The position numbers were made by a program, and so were the translations under genes. The notes below the pieces were generated by a model. The model saw nothing but the letters and a program-made list of their open reading frames with translations. It searched no databases and was not told where the DNA came from. A stretch of DNA of 64,000 bases from the NCBI GenBank assembly GCA_039000985.1, contig JAWBMD010000003.1, positions 1 to 64,000 on the forward strand. The letters are read 5' to 3'. This DNA is from Candidatus Aenigmatarchaeota archaeon. Lineage in GTDB: Archaea; Aenigmatarchaeota; Aenigmatarchaeia; CG10238-14; SpSt-28. Shown one piece after another: positions 1 to 11,486 of this stretch (positions are counted from its first letter, which is position 1; each line of letters starts with the position of its first letter).

Positions 1-83
1 TTAATATTGTTGATAGGTACTTCCTTATTCTTTTCCGATATCAAATAAGTATATAACTGTTCTAATAATTTTTCATCTTTCAC
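1..83 (-). CDS. partial ORF running off window (MKDEKLLEQLYTYLISEKNKEVPINNI...)
   Basis: GTG at 83, frame open to the window edge, same strand as the upstream operon; no recognisable motif. Confidence 0.35.
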   Translation of the reverse strand, partial: MKDEKLLEQLYTYLISEKNKEVPINNI

Positions 84-107
84 GATTAGTTTTTAGCATA
101 AAAAAAT

Positions 108-353
108 TTATATCTTTATTAATCCTAATTTTAGTAAACAATCCAAATAGCTCCAGCAAATTATTATAGCTTCAAATGCATTTAAAAAATCCTTTTTATC
201 AAAGAAAAATTTAGAATCGTTAAAATAAGAATTTACATTTATCATAACTTCTTTACAATTAATACTACAATAAACAATACTTTTTATCATACCTTCAACT
301 CTTTTTATTTCCTTTTCAACTAATTTTTCCAGATTCAATGATATAGATTCCAT
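108..353 (-). CDS. DUF357 family protein
   Basis: SYFNDSKFF..KKDFLNAFEAI..W.YLD.LL.LG pattern typical of archaeal DUF357. Confidence 0.75.
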   Translation of the reverse strand: MESISLNLEKLVEKEIKRVEGMIKSIVYCSINCKEVMINVNSYFNDSKFFFDKKDFLNAFEAIIICWSYLDCLLKLGLIKI

Positions 354-849
354 CTAAAAAAACTCTTCTATCATAACCAGTAATTCTACAAGATTGTTCT
401 ATTCTATTTGCTGTTTGCATAACATCCTCTCTGTCACAACCTTCTACTATTATAATTTCATTATCTATCTTTATTTCGCTATTTCCAATTGGTTCTATTT
501 CTCGAATTGTTTTTTCACCTAAAAAATTTTTTATTATTAATTTTTTATCCTTTTTTTCTAACTTTACTGGAAAATGCATGTAAACTACTTTAAGCTTTGC
601 ATAATAGCCATGAACAACATCTTCCATCATATTTTTTATATGTGCAGCTATAGTTCCAACTAATGCTTTTTGCTTTCTTCTTTCACTATCGCAACTAACA
701 ATTATTTTATCATTATTTATTTCAATTTTTATTGGATATGTAACTTTAAAAATTCTTCTTCCTTCACCTCTTGGTCCCTTTATTTTTACTTCCATTCCAT
801 TTACTTCAACTTGAACATTTTTATCTATAAGAATTTCTCTAGAATACAT
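316..849 (-). CDS. rpl6: 50S ribosomal protein L6
   Basis: IKGPRGE, HIKNM, VVYMHFP, NFLGEK, DRRVFLDGIYI motifs. Confidence 0.97.
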   Translation of the reverse strand: MYSREILIDKNVQVEVNGMEVKIKGPRGEGRRIFKVTYPIKIEINNDKIIVSCDSERRKQKALVGTIAAHIKNMMEDVVHGYYAKLKVVYMHFPVKLEKKDKKLIIKNFLGEKTIREIEPIGNSEIKIDNEIIIVEGCDREDVMQTANRIEQSCRITGYDRRVFLDGIYIIESGKIS

Positions 850-850
850 T

Positions 851-1450
851 TTACCTAGATACCTCAGCTTCCTTTTCTATTCTTTCCTTTTCTTTAATTG
901 CTTCACTTTTAGAAGGGTCTTTATTATAAGCTCCTATTATTTCTTCAACTAGTGCATCAACTACTGTAACTTTTTTATTAAAGGATTTTCTGTAAGCTGA
1001 TTGTGTAATATTTTTTATAGCTAAATCTACTCTTCTTTGTGGGGATACAACAACAGCTTTTCTAACTATTATACCACCAACCTGATAAGAAGCTATTTCT
1101 TCTCTTAATGCACAATTTTCTATAGCCTTAACTAAAACTTCAATTGGATTTTTCTTTGTAATTTTTTCAATTCTATCAAAAACATCCTCAATAATTTTTA
1201 AATGATTCCAATATTTCCCAACACATCTATTTGAGCTAATAACATGTTTTTTACCTTTATGACCAGGTACATTTAATCTATTTATAAATCTTTCAATTAT
1301 GTTCATTTTGCTTTTTCCGAATCTTTTTGTGGAATATCTACCAAAAGTTTTTGGTATTATAACTGGAGTTAAATTTATATATTTTTTTAGTCCAGGATCT
1401 TCTACTTCTATGCCATCAAATGACCATCTATTTAAAAATTTTGTTTTCAT
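851..1450 (-). CDS. rps7: 30S ribosomal protein S7
   Basis: NPIEVLVKAIEN, SPQRRVDLA motifs; follows rps12. Confidence 0.97.
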   Translation of the reverse strand: MKTKFLNRWSFDGIEVEDPGLKKYINLTPVIIPKTFGRYSTKRFGKSKMNIIERFINRLNVPGHKGKKHVISSNRCVGKYWNHLKIIEDVFDRIEKITKKNPIEVLVKAIENCALREEIASYQVGGIIVRKAVVVSPQRRVDLAIKNITQSAYRKSFNKKVTVVDALVEEIIGAYNKDPSKSEAIKEKERIEKEAEVSR

Positions 1451-1872
1451 CTAGCAGGTTTTTGTTTTTTACCTTTTACTATTTCACTTAAGGCAACATT
1501 ATTAATTTTCGCTACTCTAAATTTAATACCAACCATACTTCCAATAGAACCTCCCTGCGAACCACCAATTCCTTCTAATATAACTTCATCGTGCTCAGAA
1601 ACTATATCAATAGCTTTATTAAATGGAACATAAGCAGTTACTTGAATATTATTTTTTACAAGTTGTACCCTAACAGCTTTTGTTAAACCAGAAGAAGGCT
1701 TTCTTTGCTCAACCATTCTCTTTTCTAAAACAATTCCTCTAGCTTGAGGGGCTCCTTCAAAAGGACCCAATTTCCAAAGCTTTAAAGCTTTTCTTTTATA
1801 ACTATTACTATTCCATTTAAATTTTTTTCTATTTGCTACTAATTTTCTAGCTGCGAATAATCCATTCCCCAT
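1447..1872 (-). CDS. rps12: 30S ribosomal protein S12 (divergent)
   Basis: GLFAARKL, GAPQARGIVLEK, KAVRVQL, EHDEV. Confidence 0.96.
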   Translation of the reverse strand: MGNGLFAARKLVANRKKFKWNSNSYKRKALKLWKLGPFEGAPQARGIVLEKRMVEQRKPSSGLTKAVRVQLVKNNIQVTAYVPFNKAIDIVSEHDEVILEGIGGSQGGSIGSMVGIKFRVAKINNVALSEIVKGKKQKPAR

Positions 1873-1873
1873 G

Positions 1874-2290
1874 TTATTTGATAAATATTTCTTTAACCTT
1901 AAAATTTTTATTTAACAATCTTTTGTATATTTCTATATTTCTTCTATTTCTTCCAAGAACATAAGGTTTTGCATATTTTTCTATAAATATGGTTAAACTT
2001 TCACCACCATTATTTATTTCTACATCTATAACATTTGGTATTAAATTTTTTACAAAGTCTTTTAAATTACTTGAATATTCTATAACTTTAACTTTCATGT
2101 TAGTTCTCCTTTCTATTATTTTTATATTCCTCCCATACTTACCAATAGCTTTTTTTACTTGACCCTCACCAACTATAATAAATATTGTATTTCCTGTTTT
2201 ATCTATAAAGCAATCTAAGCAATCAGAATCCGTTAAATACTCAAACATTTGCATTATGTTCAATTCCTCGCTACTAATCTTTATGTTCAT
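1874..2290 (-). CDS. nusA: NusA-like transcription factor
   Basis: KH motifs (AIGKYGRNIK, VKVIEYS); conserved position between rpl30e and rps12. Confidence 0.92.
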   Translation of the reverse strand: MNIKISSEELNIMQMFEYLTDSDCLDCFIDKTGNTIFIIVGEGQVKKAIGKYGRNIKIIERRTNMKVKVIEYSSNLKDFVKNLIPNVIDVEINNGGESLTIFIEKYAKPYVLGRNRRNIEIYKRLLNKNFKVKEIFIK

Positions 2291-2291
2291 T

Positions 2292-2567
2292 CTACTTTTT
2301 TATTCCAATTGCAGAGATTGTATATGGTTTTCCTACTAATATTCCTAATTCTCTACTACTTCCTTCAAATATTATTATTTCTGTGTTAAGTATTTTTGCA
2401 TTATGCATAACATCCTTTAGTTTGTATTCATCTATATTTTTAGCTATTATTATTTTTTCCACTAAACCATTTTTTAAAGCTTTATAAACCTTTCTAAAAC
2501 CAATTATTGCTTTATCATTTCTTAATGCATAATCTATTACTTCCTTAATATTCTTCACCCTTTTCAA
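2292..2567 (-). CDS. rpl30e: 50S ribosomal protein L30e (start may be GTG at 2558)
   Basis: [14 protein letters not shown] motif; synteny. Confidence 0.92.
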   Translation of the reverse strand: MKRVKNIKEVIDYALRNDKAIIGFRKVYKALKNGLVEKIIIAKNIDEYKLKDVMHNAKILNTEIIIFEGSSRELGILVGKPYTISAIGIKK

Positions 2568-3657
2568 CTATTAGTTCAAAAGCTCCTGTACCTACTGGAA
2601 CTATTCTTCCTATAAATATATTTTCAAAGACTCCTTTAAATTCTTCTTTCTCATTTTTTAAAACAGCTAATGTTAAATGTTTAATTGTTTCTTCAAAGTT
2701 TGCTCTAGCTAAAACAGAAGATTTTGATCCAGCGATACCATATCTTCCTATTGGCATGACTTCACCACTAAAACACATTATATCAGCAACCAAGCATACA
2801 TAATATGGGTTAACATCTAAACCTTGCTCAGCTAAAGCTTTCAAAACTTCTTTAACTATTAAATTTCTAGCAGCTTCTATACCCAAAACTCTAGCTGTTT
2901 CATGAATGTCATTTGAATAAGTTCTTGTTGCATCCACTTCTTCCATTTCTAAAATTTTTTCCAAATTAGTTCCTTTTGTTTGTATTAAATAATTGTTTTC
3001 TTCCCTTATAATAAAAGCTTCTTCTATTCCCTCAACACCATAAACTAAAGTATTCAAAATACTTTCCTTAATATCTTGCAAGTGAGTTAAGGATTCTTCC
3101 TTTTTGCTATAAATTAATAAAATATTGTCATTTCTTTTTACCTCTATAGATTTTTTATCAGATAAGATAGAATGAACTTTTTCAGCATCTCTATTGTTAT
3201 AAAACTCTAACTCTAATCTAACTTCTGATAGATTTACATAAGATCTTTTTATAAGATTTCTAACTTTTCTCTCCTCTATTTTTTTGGCAAATTTAATGGC
3301 ATCTTCTTCATTATTATACTTTGGTTTTAGGTATATATACATTGTTGGACTAGATATAACTTTTTTAGCATCGAAAATTTCTATCAAGCGTGGTAGACCT
3401 TGTGTAATTTTTACTCCTAATGATCCTGCTAAATGATAAACTCTCATAGTTAATTGAGTTGCCGGTTCTGATATGCTTTGAGCCGCAATTATACCAATAC
3501 TACTACCATATTCTTCTCTGATTTTAACAAATTCCTCCATAACTTTTTCTCTTAAAGCATCTTCACTAATGTTCAATTCCTTAGCTACTCTTTTTATCTC
3601 TTCTTCTATACTAATTGGTAATTCCAAACTATATTCCCTTTGTTCTTTCTCTGACAT
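2545..3657 (-). CDS. rpoA2: RNA polymerase subunit A''
   Basis: [41 protein letters not shown]. Confidence 0.97.
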   Translation of the reverse strand: MSEKEQREYSLELPISIEEEIKRVAKELNISEDALREKVMEEFVKIREEYGSSIGIIAAQSISEPATQLTMRVYHLAGSLGVKITQGLPRLIEIFDAKKVISSPTMYIYLKPKYNNEEDAIKFAKKIEERKVRNLIKRSYVNLSEVRLELEFYNNRDAEKVHSILSDKKSIEVKRNDNILLIYSKKEESLTHLQDIKESILNTLVYGVEGIEEAFIIREENNYLIQTKGTNLEKILEMEEVDATRTYSNDIHETARVLGIEAARNLIVKEVLKALAEQGLDVNPYYVCLVADIMCFSGEVMPIGRYGIAGSKSSVLARANFEETIKHLTLAVLKNEKEEFKGVFENIFIGRIVPVGTGAFELIVEKGEEY

Positions 3658-6040
3658 CTATTTCTTTTGTTAGAACATCAAAATGTATTATTCTCCCCTC
3701 AGTATCTCTAACACTTCCATCATAACAAATTTTCAAATCTTGTAATGCATTTATTAATCTCCTTTCCATATAGCCTGAAACTCTAGTTTTTACAGATTTA
3801 TCCATCATAGATTCTCTACTATTGCTTGCATCAAAGAAAAATTCAAATGGGTTTAAACCATCTCTAAAGCCTTTTGCTACAAATCCTCTAGCTTCTAAAC
3901 TTTCATCACCAACTTTAAAATGTGGTAATGTTCTTCCAGTATAACCTCTTTTAATTCTTTCCCCCATAACTCTTTCTTGACCTATTAGGCCAACAGTTTG
4001 TAAGTAATTAATTATATCTCCTCTCGCTCCACATCTTGCTATTTTTATTGTATGATTATCTAATTTCAACTTGGAGATCATATCACTAATATTGTTTATT
4101 AAGGTATTAATTTTTCTAGTTATTATACTTTCAATATTCTTCTCATCCTTTGCTGATTCTATGAATTTGTTTATATTTTCTTTTTCTTTATTTATTTCAT
4201 CTTTTATTTTTTTCTTCGCCGTTTCTGGTAAATTGTAATCGTTTATTCCTATTGAAAATCCATAAAACATTAAAAAGTTCATTGATAATAGTGAAATATT
4301 TTGTAGAAATTCATTGAAATAATCCTTCCCATATTTATTATAAATGGCATGTAAAAGAATAGCAGTTTCTGCACCAATAGCCGCTTTATCTATACATCCT
4401 TCCTTCAAACAACCATTCTCTATAACAACTTTTTCACCTGTTTTAGATTTAAACTCGATAGAAAAATCTTTAGGTAAGAAAAATGAAAAAATTTCCTTTC
4501 CACTAAATTCTTTCTTTTTTGGTATTTCTATTGTCGGGTCTATGCTTTTTACTAATTCTAAAGCTTCTTCTCTTGTAAAATTTCTTGGATATGTTGTTAA
4601 CAAATATAATCCTGAAATGAAATCTTCCCTTAAACCTATTATTGGTCTATTATATCTTGGAGAAATAATATTTTCTAAAACACTCATAAGTATTTCAGCT
4701 TCCGTTCTAGCTTCCTCTGTTTGTGGAATGTGTAGATTCATTTCATCTCCATCAAAATCAGCATTGTAGGGAGCAGAAACAGAGAGGTTAAGTCTAAAAG
4801 TTTTAGCGGGAAGAACTCTTACTTTATGTGACATCATACTCATTTTATGTAAAGATGGTTGTCGATTAAATAAAGAAATATCACCATTTATTAAATGCCT
4901 TTCAACTATATAGCCAGGTTGTATTTCTTTTGCTATTTCTTCTTTGTTTTCTTCTGTTATTCTTTTTCTTCTACCATCTGGCCTTATTATATAATTTGCA
5001 CCTGGCCAGATATTTGGTCCATTTAAAATATATTTCTTTAACTCTTCTATATTCTCTTCCCTAACAAATTCCGGAATAGTAAGCTCTTTAGCAATTTCTT
5101 CAGGAACACCAACTTCATCTATCATAACAAATGGATCGGGAGAAATAACAGTTCTAGCTGAAAAGTTAACTCTTTTACCAGCTAGGTTTCCTCTAAATCT
5201 ACCTTCTTTTGTTTTTAATCTTTGTGATAATCCTTTAAGAACCCTTCCACTTCTATGTCTTGCTGGTGGTATTCCAGAAAGTTCATTATCGAAATATGTG
5301 GAAACATTATATTGTAGTAATTCCCATAAATCATCAATTATAAATTGTGGAGAGCCCAACTGTATATTTTCTCTTAATCTTTCATTTGTTCTAACTATTT
5401 CAACTAATTTATGAGTTAAGTCATCCTCACTTCTTTCACCAGTTTCTAAAGTTATAGATGGTCTCACTGTTACTGGTGGTACTAGTAATGTAGAAATTAT
5501 AAAATATTCTGGTCTTGTTTTTATTCCAATTTTCTTTAAATCTTCGTTGCTTATTTTCTCGAATCTTTCTCTTATTTTATCAGGAGTTAATTGTTCTTCT
5601 CCTTCTAAGTACGTATGAGGCTTCAAAAATCTTATCTCTTTTTGTGTTTCACCACAATGCGGGCATTTTTTCTGTATATTTTTGAATACTTCTTTTATGC
5701 TTATTTTTTCTTTAGATTCCAACAATTCCTTTTTAACAAGTAATCTACTACATTTTCTACAAATAATTGTCAAAAGCTGATGAATAACTTTTGCATAAAG
5801 AACATGAACAACAGGTTTAGCCAACTCTATATGACCAAAATGACCTGGACATATACCTAAAGTTTGACCACAAGTTCTACATCTTACTCCAGGATCTATA
5901 GCACCCAATCTAGGATCCATTACTCCACCCTCTTTAGGATATCCTTCTTCATCATAAAGCTCAGCTTTATTTATTCTAGCAACACTTATTCTTTTTAAAA
6001 GCTCGGGATTTAAAAACTCAAATTCTATTTCTATCTTCAT
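3629..6040 (-). CDS. rpoA1: RNA polymerase subunit A'
   Basis: catalytic [29 protein letters not shown]. Confidence 0.98.
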   Translation of the reverse strand: MKIEIEFEFLNPELLKRISVARINKAELYDEEGYPKEGGVMDPRLGAIDPGVRCRTCGQTLGICPGHFGHIELAKPVVHVLYAKVIHQLLTIICRKCSRLLVKKELLESKEKISIKEVFKNIQKKCPHCGETQKEIRFLKPHTYLEGEEQLTPDKIRERFEKISNEDLKKIGIKTRPEYFIISTLLVPPVTVRPSITLETGERSEDDLTHKLVEIVRTNERLRENIQLGSPQFIIDDLWELLQYNVSTYFDNELSGIPPARHRSGRVLKGLSQRLKTKEGRFRGNLAGKRVNFSARTVISPDPFVMIDEVGVPEEIAKELTIPEFVREENIEELKKYILNGPNIWPGANYIIRPDGRRKRITEENKEEIAKEIQPGYIVERHLINGDISLFNRQPSLHKMSMMSHKVRVLPAKTFRLNLSVSAPYNADFDGDEMNLHIPQTEEARTEAEILMSVLENIISPRYNRPIIGLREDFISGLYLLTTYPRNFTREEALELVKSIDPTIEIPKKKEFSGKEIFSFFLPKDFSIEFKSKTGEKVVIENGCLKEGCIDKAAIGAETAILLHAIYNKYGKDYFNEFLQNISLLSMNFLMFYGFSIGINDYNLPETAKKKIKDEINKEKENINKFIESAKDEKNIESIITRKINTLINNISDMISKLKLDNHTIKIARCGARGDIINYLQTVGLIGQERVMGERIKRGYTGRTLPHFKVGDESLEARGFVAKGFRDGLNPFEFFFDASNSRESMMDKSVKTRVSGYMERRLINALQDLKICYDGSVRDTEGRIIHFDVLTKEIDVRERTKGI

Positions 6041-7830
6041 TCTTCAACAATCCTAATTCTTGGATATATATGCATGCTCTTTAATTCATCTAACATTAGC
6101 TTAAAAGCGTAACTCGTTTCTACATCATAAATTTTACTATCCCTACAAACCAAACAAACTTTTTTCCCACCCTTTTCTATTGCAAAAAGCCCACATTCCC
6201 CACAAACAGGAACAGTTACCTTATCTGAATCAAACCTTTCTTTTAATGTAACAACTGCACCATGTGCTAATAAAACATCTTTTTCCATTTCACCTAGTCT
6301 CAAACCACCTTCTCTACTTCTTCCTTCAGTTGGTTGTTTTGTTAATAAAGTTACAGGACCTCTTGATCTGGCATGTATTTTATTAGATACTAAATGATCT
6401 AATTTTTGGTAATAACAAGAACCTATAAAGATTTCTGCTTCAAACATTTTTCCAGTTATTCCATCATACATTATTTCATTACCAGTTCCTTTAAATCCAT
6501 GTGCTATTAATTCTTTTTCTACTTCTTTTTCACTTATAGACTCAAATGGTAAAACAGTTTTAATTTTACCAGTAATGGCTGCAGCTTTACCAAAAAGCAA
6601 CTCTAATAGCATACCCACAGTCATTCTAGATGGTAATCCATGTGGATTAAAAACTATATCTGGAACTATACCATCTTTAGTAAATGGCATATCTTCTTGT
6701 GGGAGAAGCAGTGCACAAACACCTTTTTGTCCATGTCTATTAGCAAACTTATCACCAATTTCTGGAATTTTCAAATCTCTAACAACAACTTTAACCATTT
6801 TTTCTCCATTTATGTTCCTACTAATAAAAACTCTATCAACTATTCCTCTATCTCCACTTCTTAATGTTAATGAAGATTCTCTTATATTTCCAAAAAGCAT
6901 TTCTTTTCCTCCACCAAGAAATCTTAAAGGTGAAATCTTACCAACTAAAACATCTTCAGATGTAACTATAGCTTCTGGATAAATTATTCCATCCTCTTGT
7001 AACTTTTTGTAGGCATCTTCTCCTCTATATCCTTTAGCTTCTGGATCCGGAATTCTTATTTCATCTGTTTGACCACCCATATATCTTTTTCTCTCAGTCG
7101 TATAAGTTCTATACATCATTGACCAAAACATTCCCCTCATTACAGAGCTTAAATTTATAAGTATAGCATCTCCCGTATTAAATCCATCAAAAGAAGCAAC
7201 TGCAACTATAGCATTTGATCCACCAACATTTTCTAATATTTTAGGATATGCTCTTGGTAAATGAGTTTGAACTAGTGGTACTTGTGAATATAAAAGCAAA
7301 TTTGATTTTGTATCAGTTCTTATTGGTATACTTCTTAAAAATATGGATATTGCTTGATTGTTCATTTTGGCACCATAGTTTACTCTATCCCCCCTATCAA
7401 ATTCTGGAAATGGAACAAGTGAAGCTGAAAAACCAAACATTAAGGATGGATGAATTTCTAAATGTGTATGCTCTTCAGTTAAGCTTTCCTCATCTATTGC
7501 TATATAGCTGTTTTCTTCTTCATCGCAATCTAAAAATTCAATAATTCCATTTTTAACTAAATCAGAAAATTTCATTTCACCATTTTTCAACTTTTTTATA
7601 TGTTCCTCTGTTAATTTAGGTTTACCTTTTTCAACAACTATTAAAGGTCTTCTTACTCTTCCCCCCTCTGTAAAAATATGAATAACATTTAAATTCTTAT
7701 AGTAGGCAATGTTTAAACTATTTGGTAAAGTATTATTTCTTCTTTTTTCTTTTACTTCCTTTACAAATTTTTCTGGATTATCTGTAAAACCTAAAAATTT
7801 GCCATCCAAAAATATTTCACATTTTTTCAT
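6037..7830 (-). CDS. rpoB1: RNA polymerase subunit B'
   Basis: GDKFANRHGQKG, GGLRLGEMEKD; ATG at 7830 preferred over TTG at 7848. Confidence 0.97.
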   Translation of the reverse strand: MKKCEIFLDGKFLGFTDNPEKFVKEVKEKRRNNTLPNSLNIAYYKNLNVIHIFTEGGRVRRPLIVVEKGKPKLTEEHIKKLKNGEMKFSDLVKNGIIEFLDCDEEENSYIAIDEESLTEEHTHLEIHPSLMFGFSASLVPFPEFDRGDRVNYGAKMNNQAISIFLRSIPIRTDTKSNLLLYSQVPLVQTHLPRAYPKILENVGGSNAIVAVASFDGFNTGDAILINLSSVMRGMFWSMMYRTYTTERKRYMGGQTDEIRIPDPEAKGYRGEDAYKKLQEDGIIYPEAIVTSEDVLVGKISPLRFLGGGKEMLFGNIRESSLTLRSGDRGIVDRVFISRNINGEKMVKVVVRDLKIPEIGDKFANRHGQKGVCALLLPQEDMPFTKDGIVPDIVFNPHGLPSRMTVGMLLELLFGKAAAITGKIKTVLPFESISEKEVEKELIAHGFKGTGNEIMYDGITGKMFEAEIFIGSCYYQKLDHLVSNKIHARSRGPVTLLTKQPTEGRSREGGLRLGEMEKDVLLAHGAVVTLKERFDSDKVTVPVCGECGLFAIEKGGKKVCLVCRDSKIYDVETSYAFKLMLDELKSMHIYPRIRIVEE

Positions 7831-9307
7831 ATTCTGGTAAATTTTCAATTATTTTATCTATTTCCTCTTTAGGTAAATCAAAAGTTACTTCAGACATAAG
7901 TGCTAAATATTTTCTCAAACCTATGTTAGCTCCTTCTGGAGTTTCGACAGCACATATTCTTCCAAAATTTGTAGGATGTAGTTCTCTAGCTTCGAAGTGC
8001 TCTTGTGAAGATGCTAATGGAGACATTATGTTTCTCATATGCGATATAGATTTAAAATAGCTCATTCTATCTAATCTTTGTGTAACACCACTTCTATTAC
8101 CAGGCCATGTACCTATTGCCATTGTAGATATCATTTGGTTTGTGAAAACATTCGCTTCAACAACAGTCTTTAATGGTGGTAATCTTCCCCTTTTTGTAGA
8201 TTTAACATAATTAAAATTTATTCTAGTTATCAATCCCCATTTCCCAAGCATTATTGTTCTAAATAAAATTTCTAATAAATCACCAGCCAATCTTAATCTT
8301 TTGTTAGAGTAATGGTCTAAATCATCTTTATCCATTTTTCCCAAATGAAACATTATTAATTTTTCAATAGCTTTACATAGAAATATAGCTTTTTCCATTC
8401 TAAATGATTTTTCTTGTCCTATATGTGGTAACAAATATTTATCTAGCAATTTTTCTATTTTTTCATGCTTTTCTGGAGATTTTGTTATTTTTAAGTGCTT
8501 TATTAAATAATTCTTAGCTTCCTTACTATCACTAACTTCACTCTCTACTAAATTTATGTAGAATTGATCTTGAATTTCTTCATTTAGAGAAATTGTTAAA
8601 GCAATATCCTTATCTTCCTCTAATCCAAGTGCTTTTAATAATACTACTACTGGTAATCTAACAACATTTGCAAAAGTTATAGTTATTATTCCATCTTTTC
8701 TTCTTTCAAGTAAATGTCTTTGAATATAACCATCTTTTTCAGAATGTATTCTAGCTATCTCTTCAACTGTTCCAACATTAACTCTATCAACTATTACTTT
8801 ATTTTCCGAAATTTCCTCTACTATAACCATTAATCTTTCAGTTCCATTTATTATGAAATAGCCACCAGGATCATTCGGATCTTCAAAATTTGCTATCAAT
8901 TCGTTTTCATCCATTTTGGATAAAGGACATAAAACTGATTTAACCATTACAGGTATATCTCCAAAATGAACATATTCTTTCTCATTTTTTATTTCATTTA
9001 TCCAAACATCACAACCTATGTAAAGAGGGGAAGCGTAAGTTAAGTTTCTTAATCTACACTCAAATGGAAGAACTTCTCTTTCAATGCCATCTGATTCAAT
9101 AACTCTAGGACTTAAAAATTTTACATCACGAAGCTTAATTTTTAAGCTTCCCACTTCAGGCACATCTGGCTTTATAGTTTCTATTTCATCGACAATTTTT
9201 TGTACCTTTCTTGTTACGAAGTTATTGTATGAATCGATTTGATGCTTAACAAATCCTCTTTCCTTTAAAAAGCTATTTAATATATCAATAAAAGTCTCTC
9301 TTATCAC
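7817..9307 (-). CDS. rpoB2: RNA polymerase subunit B''
   Basis: GGYFIINGTER, ETPEGANIGLRK. Confidence 0.97.
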   Translation of the reverse strand: MIRETFIDILNSFLKERGFVKHQIDSYNNFVTRKVQKIVDEIETIKPDVPEVGSLKIKLRDVKFLSPRVIESDGIEREVLPFECRLRNLTYASPLYIGCDVWINEIKNEKEYVHFGDIPVMVKSVLCPLSKMDENELIANFEDPNDPGGYFIINGTERLMVIVEEISENKVIVDRVNVGTVEEIARIHSEKDGYIQRHLLERRKDGIITITFANVVRLPVVVLLKALGLEEDKDIALTISLNEEIQDQFYINLVESEVSDSKEAKNYLIKHLKITKSPEKHEKIEKLLDKYLLPHIGQEKSFRMEKAIFLCKAIEKLIMFHLGKMDKDDLDHYSNKRLRLAGDLLEILFRTIMLGKWGLITRINFNYVKSTKRGRLPPLKTVVEANVFTNQMISTMAIGTWPGNRSGVTQRLDRMSYFKSISHMRNIMSPLASSQEHFEARELHPTNFGRICAVETPEGANIGLRKYLALMSEVTFDLPKEEIDKIIENLPEYEKM

Positions 9308-9546
9308 TTTCCTTTAACCACTACCCTATAATATATTGATTTTATTTTTTTTAAATGAGGATCTTTTCTATAAAATTTTATTATATCCCCTTCTTTTGCT
9401 CCTAGAGCCTTAACTAACGGATCTGTCGAAAAAATCTTTGGATAAAATTTTAGAGATTTTCCATATTTTTTAAAGAGAGCACTCTTTTCTTCTTCGCTTA
9501 CTATTTCGCATTCAGGTACCAAAAAATGTTTTCTTATATCTACCAC
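9304..9546 (-). CDS. rpoH: RNA polymerase subunit H
   Basis: HFLVP, DPLVKALGAKEGDIIK, YYRVV. Confidence 0.96.
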   Translation of the reverse strand: MVDIRKHFLVPECEIVSEEEKSALFKKYGKSLKFYPKIFSTDPLVKALGAKEGDIIKFYRKDPHLKKIKSIYYRVVVKGK

Positions 9547-9583
9547 TATAATAATATTAAAATGTCTAAAGTATTTATATTTT

Positions 9584-10780
9584 ATGGTGCAATCAGAAAG
9601 CCTAATACAATCTATTGTTTGGTTAATATTTTGGATATTTATAATTATTAATATTTTATTTCCTGGATTTCAATTAAAAGTTCAAGTAATGCGTACTTTA
9701 TCTGAAATTGAACAAACTCATTCATCAATAAGAAGATTGAAAATAGAAGCAGAAAACAAGATAAGAAAAATAGTGTCCAAAAAAATTAAGATAAAAAAAG
9801 AAACATTAGAAAACTTCTTTAAAAATATTATGGAACATCATATAATTCTTCCAGCTTCATTAGATCCTGCCGGAATAGTAGAAAAAATAGAGCATATATT
9901 AAATGTTGAAGAGAAAGAGCTTGAAAGACTTGGTTTAATGTTTTATAAAGATAAAAATGAGATGTATAATTTTCTTACATCAGTTTTAGCTCTGGTTGAA
10001 ATAAATAAAATAGACAAAATAATAACTCATTATTTAGAGCTTATTAAAAAATCTAAAAACATTTATTTAGCATATCTTTTATCTACTCAATTACACATGT
10101 CTACTTACTTTTTTAATAAAATATCAAAATCACTTTATGCTGCCTCAACAGCGTTTATAGAAAATTTACCAGTTGGTGATTCTGTTGGTCCTTTAATTGC
10201 TTTACATTTAATTAAAAAAAGTAAAGCCAAATTAGTAAAAGAATTTAAAGAAGAAAATTGTGTTTTGTTAAAAGGAAAAATAAATGGTAGAGAAGTTTAT
10301 TTAATAAAAGCTAGTGGGTTTGGTAGTAAAGTTGGTAGAATTGGTAGAGCAATTGAAAGAACAATAAAAGAAAGAAAAATTAAAAATTTGATAACAATTG
10401 ATGCAGCTGTTAAGCTGGAAAGTGAAGAAAGTGGTACCATAGCTGAAGGAGTTGGAGTAGCTATTGGTGGTATTGGAATAGATAGCGCTTTTATAGAAAA
10501 CATAGCAACTAAAAACAAAGTTAACTTATTTTCAACTTTAGTAAAAATGAGTATGGAGGAAGCTCTTAGTCCATTAAATAAAAAAATTTGTGATTCAGCA
10601 AAAATTGTTGTTGAAAAAATTGAAAACAGAATTAAAGATTTAAAAGGAAATATTTTAATAGCTGGAATTGGAAATACATGTGGAATTGGAAATACAATTA
10701 ATGATTTCGAAAAAAGCGAAGAAAAAGTTAAGAAAGCTTTTCAAGAATATGAGAAACTTCGAAAATCAATTTTTTCTTAA
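9584..10780 (+). CDS. DUF1512 family membrane protein
   Basis: LDPAGIV, PVGDSVGPL, ITIDAAVKLESE, GVAIGGIG, IAGIGNTCGIG. Confidence 0.85.
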   Translation: MVQSESLIQSIVWLIFWIFIIINILFPGFQLKVQVMRTLSEIEQTHSSIRRLKIEAENKIRKIVSKKIKIKKETLENFFKNIMEHHIILPASLDPAGIVEKIEHILNVEEKELERLGLMFYKDKNEMYNFLTSVLALVEINKIDKIITHYLELIKKSKNIYLAYLLSTQLHMSTYFFNKISKSLYAASTAFIENLPVGDSVGPLIALHLIKKSKAKLVKEFKEENCVLLKGKINGREVYLIKASGFGSKVGRIGRAIERTIKERKIKNLITIDAAVKLESEESGTIAEGVGVAIGGIGIDSAFIENIATKNKVNLFSTLVKMSMEEALSPLNKKICDSAKIVVEKIENRIKDLKGNILIAGIGNTCGIGNTINDFEKSEEKVKKAFQEYEKLRKSIFS

Positions 10781-11282
10781 CTTCCTCTAAATCTTTATTA
10801 TTCAAAATTTTAATATCAGCTAAATTAAGACAAGCTTCAGTTCCTTGACCATATTCTGGTTCATTAACTCCTCTATCTCTTTTATCAGCTTCTATAAATT
10901 CTTCTAAAGTTTTTGGGTCATCTTCTCTTGCCCGTTTTTTTATTCTTTCGAATCTTATTTGTAAATCAGCATCAACTCCTATTAGCAAAAAATTTTTGAA
11001 ATTCTTTCTTAGATATTCTACTTCTCCAATATTTCTTAAGCCATCGATTATTACATTATCTTTATAAAAAAATGTTACTATTCTAACTAAAATATTATTA
11101 CCAAAATTTTCCCTTAGTTCATTTCCTAAATCTTGTAATTTTTTTCTATCAAAATTTTTATCAGGTAAAAAAATTTTTATTATGTCTGAAAGTTTTACTA
11201 TTGGTAGATTAAAATAGCTACTTAAAAATTTTGCTATCTCATCTTTACCAGAACCTATTGTACCAGTAATACCTATTATCAC
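10728..11282 (-). CDS. P-loop nucleotide kinase (dephospho-CoA/dCMP kinase-like)
   Basis: IIGITGTIGSGKD Walker A, IIDGLRN.GE, RFERIKKRARE. Confidence 0.8.
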   Translation of the reverse strand: MIIGITGTIGSGKDEIAKFLSSYFNLPIVKLSDIIKIFLPDKNFDRKKLQDLGNELRENFGNNILVRIVTFFYKDNVIIDGLRNIGEVEYLRKNFKNFLLIGVDADLQIRFERIKKRAREDDPKTLEEFIEADKRDRGVNEPEYGQGTEACLNLADIKILNNKDLEEVKKKLIFEVSHILEKLS

Positions 11283-11290
11283 AAAAAAAT

Positions 11291-11455
11291 TTAAAGGTCG
11301 GCGGCTCTAAGTGTTTTTCTATCGTTTGCTTTTGCTCTACCCACAGCTTCCTTTACAAGAGATTCTACTTTTTTATCTAATGCATTAAAAAATTCTTCAC
11401 TTACTCTAAAATCTTTTATTAGTTCTCTAACAGCAGATTTTACTACAAGCGCCAT
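11291..11455 (-). CDS. short histone-fold protein, 54 aa (not in ORF track)
   Basis: Manual translation [57 protein letters not shown] and RKT...DL histone-fold hallmarks. Confidence 0.85.
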   Translation of the reverse strand: MALVVKSAVRELIKDFRVSEEFFNALDKKVESLVKEAVGRAKANDRKTLRAADL

Positions 11456-11486
11456 AATTTATTTTAAAGCTAGGTATTTAAATATT

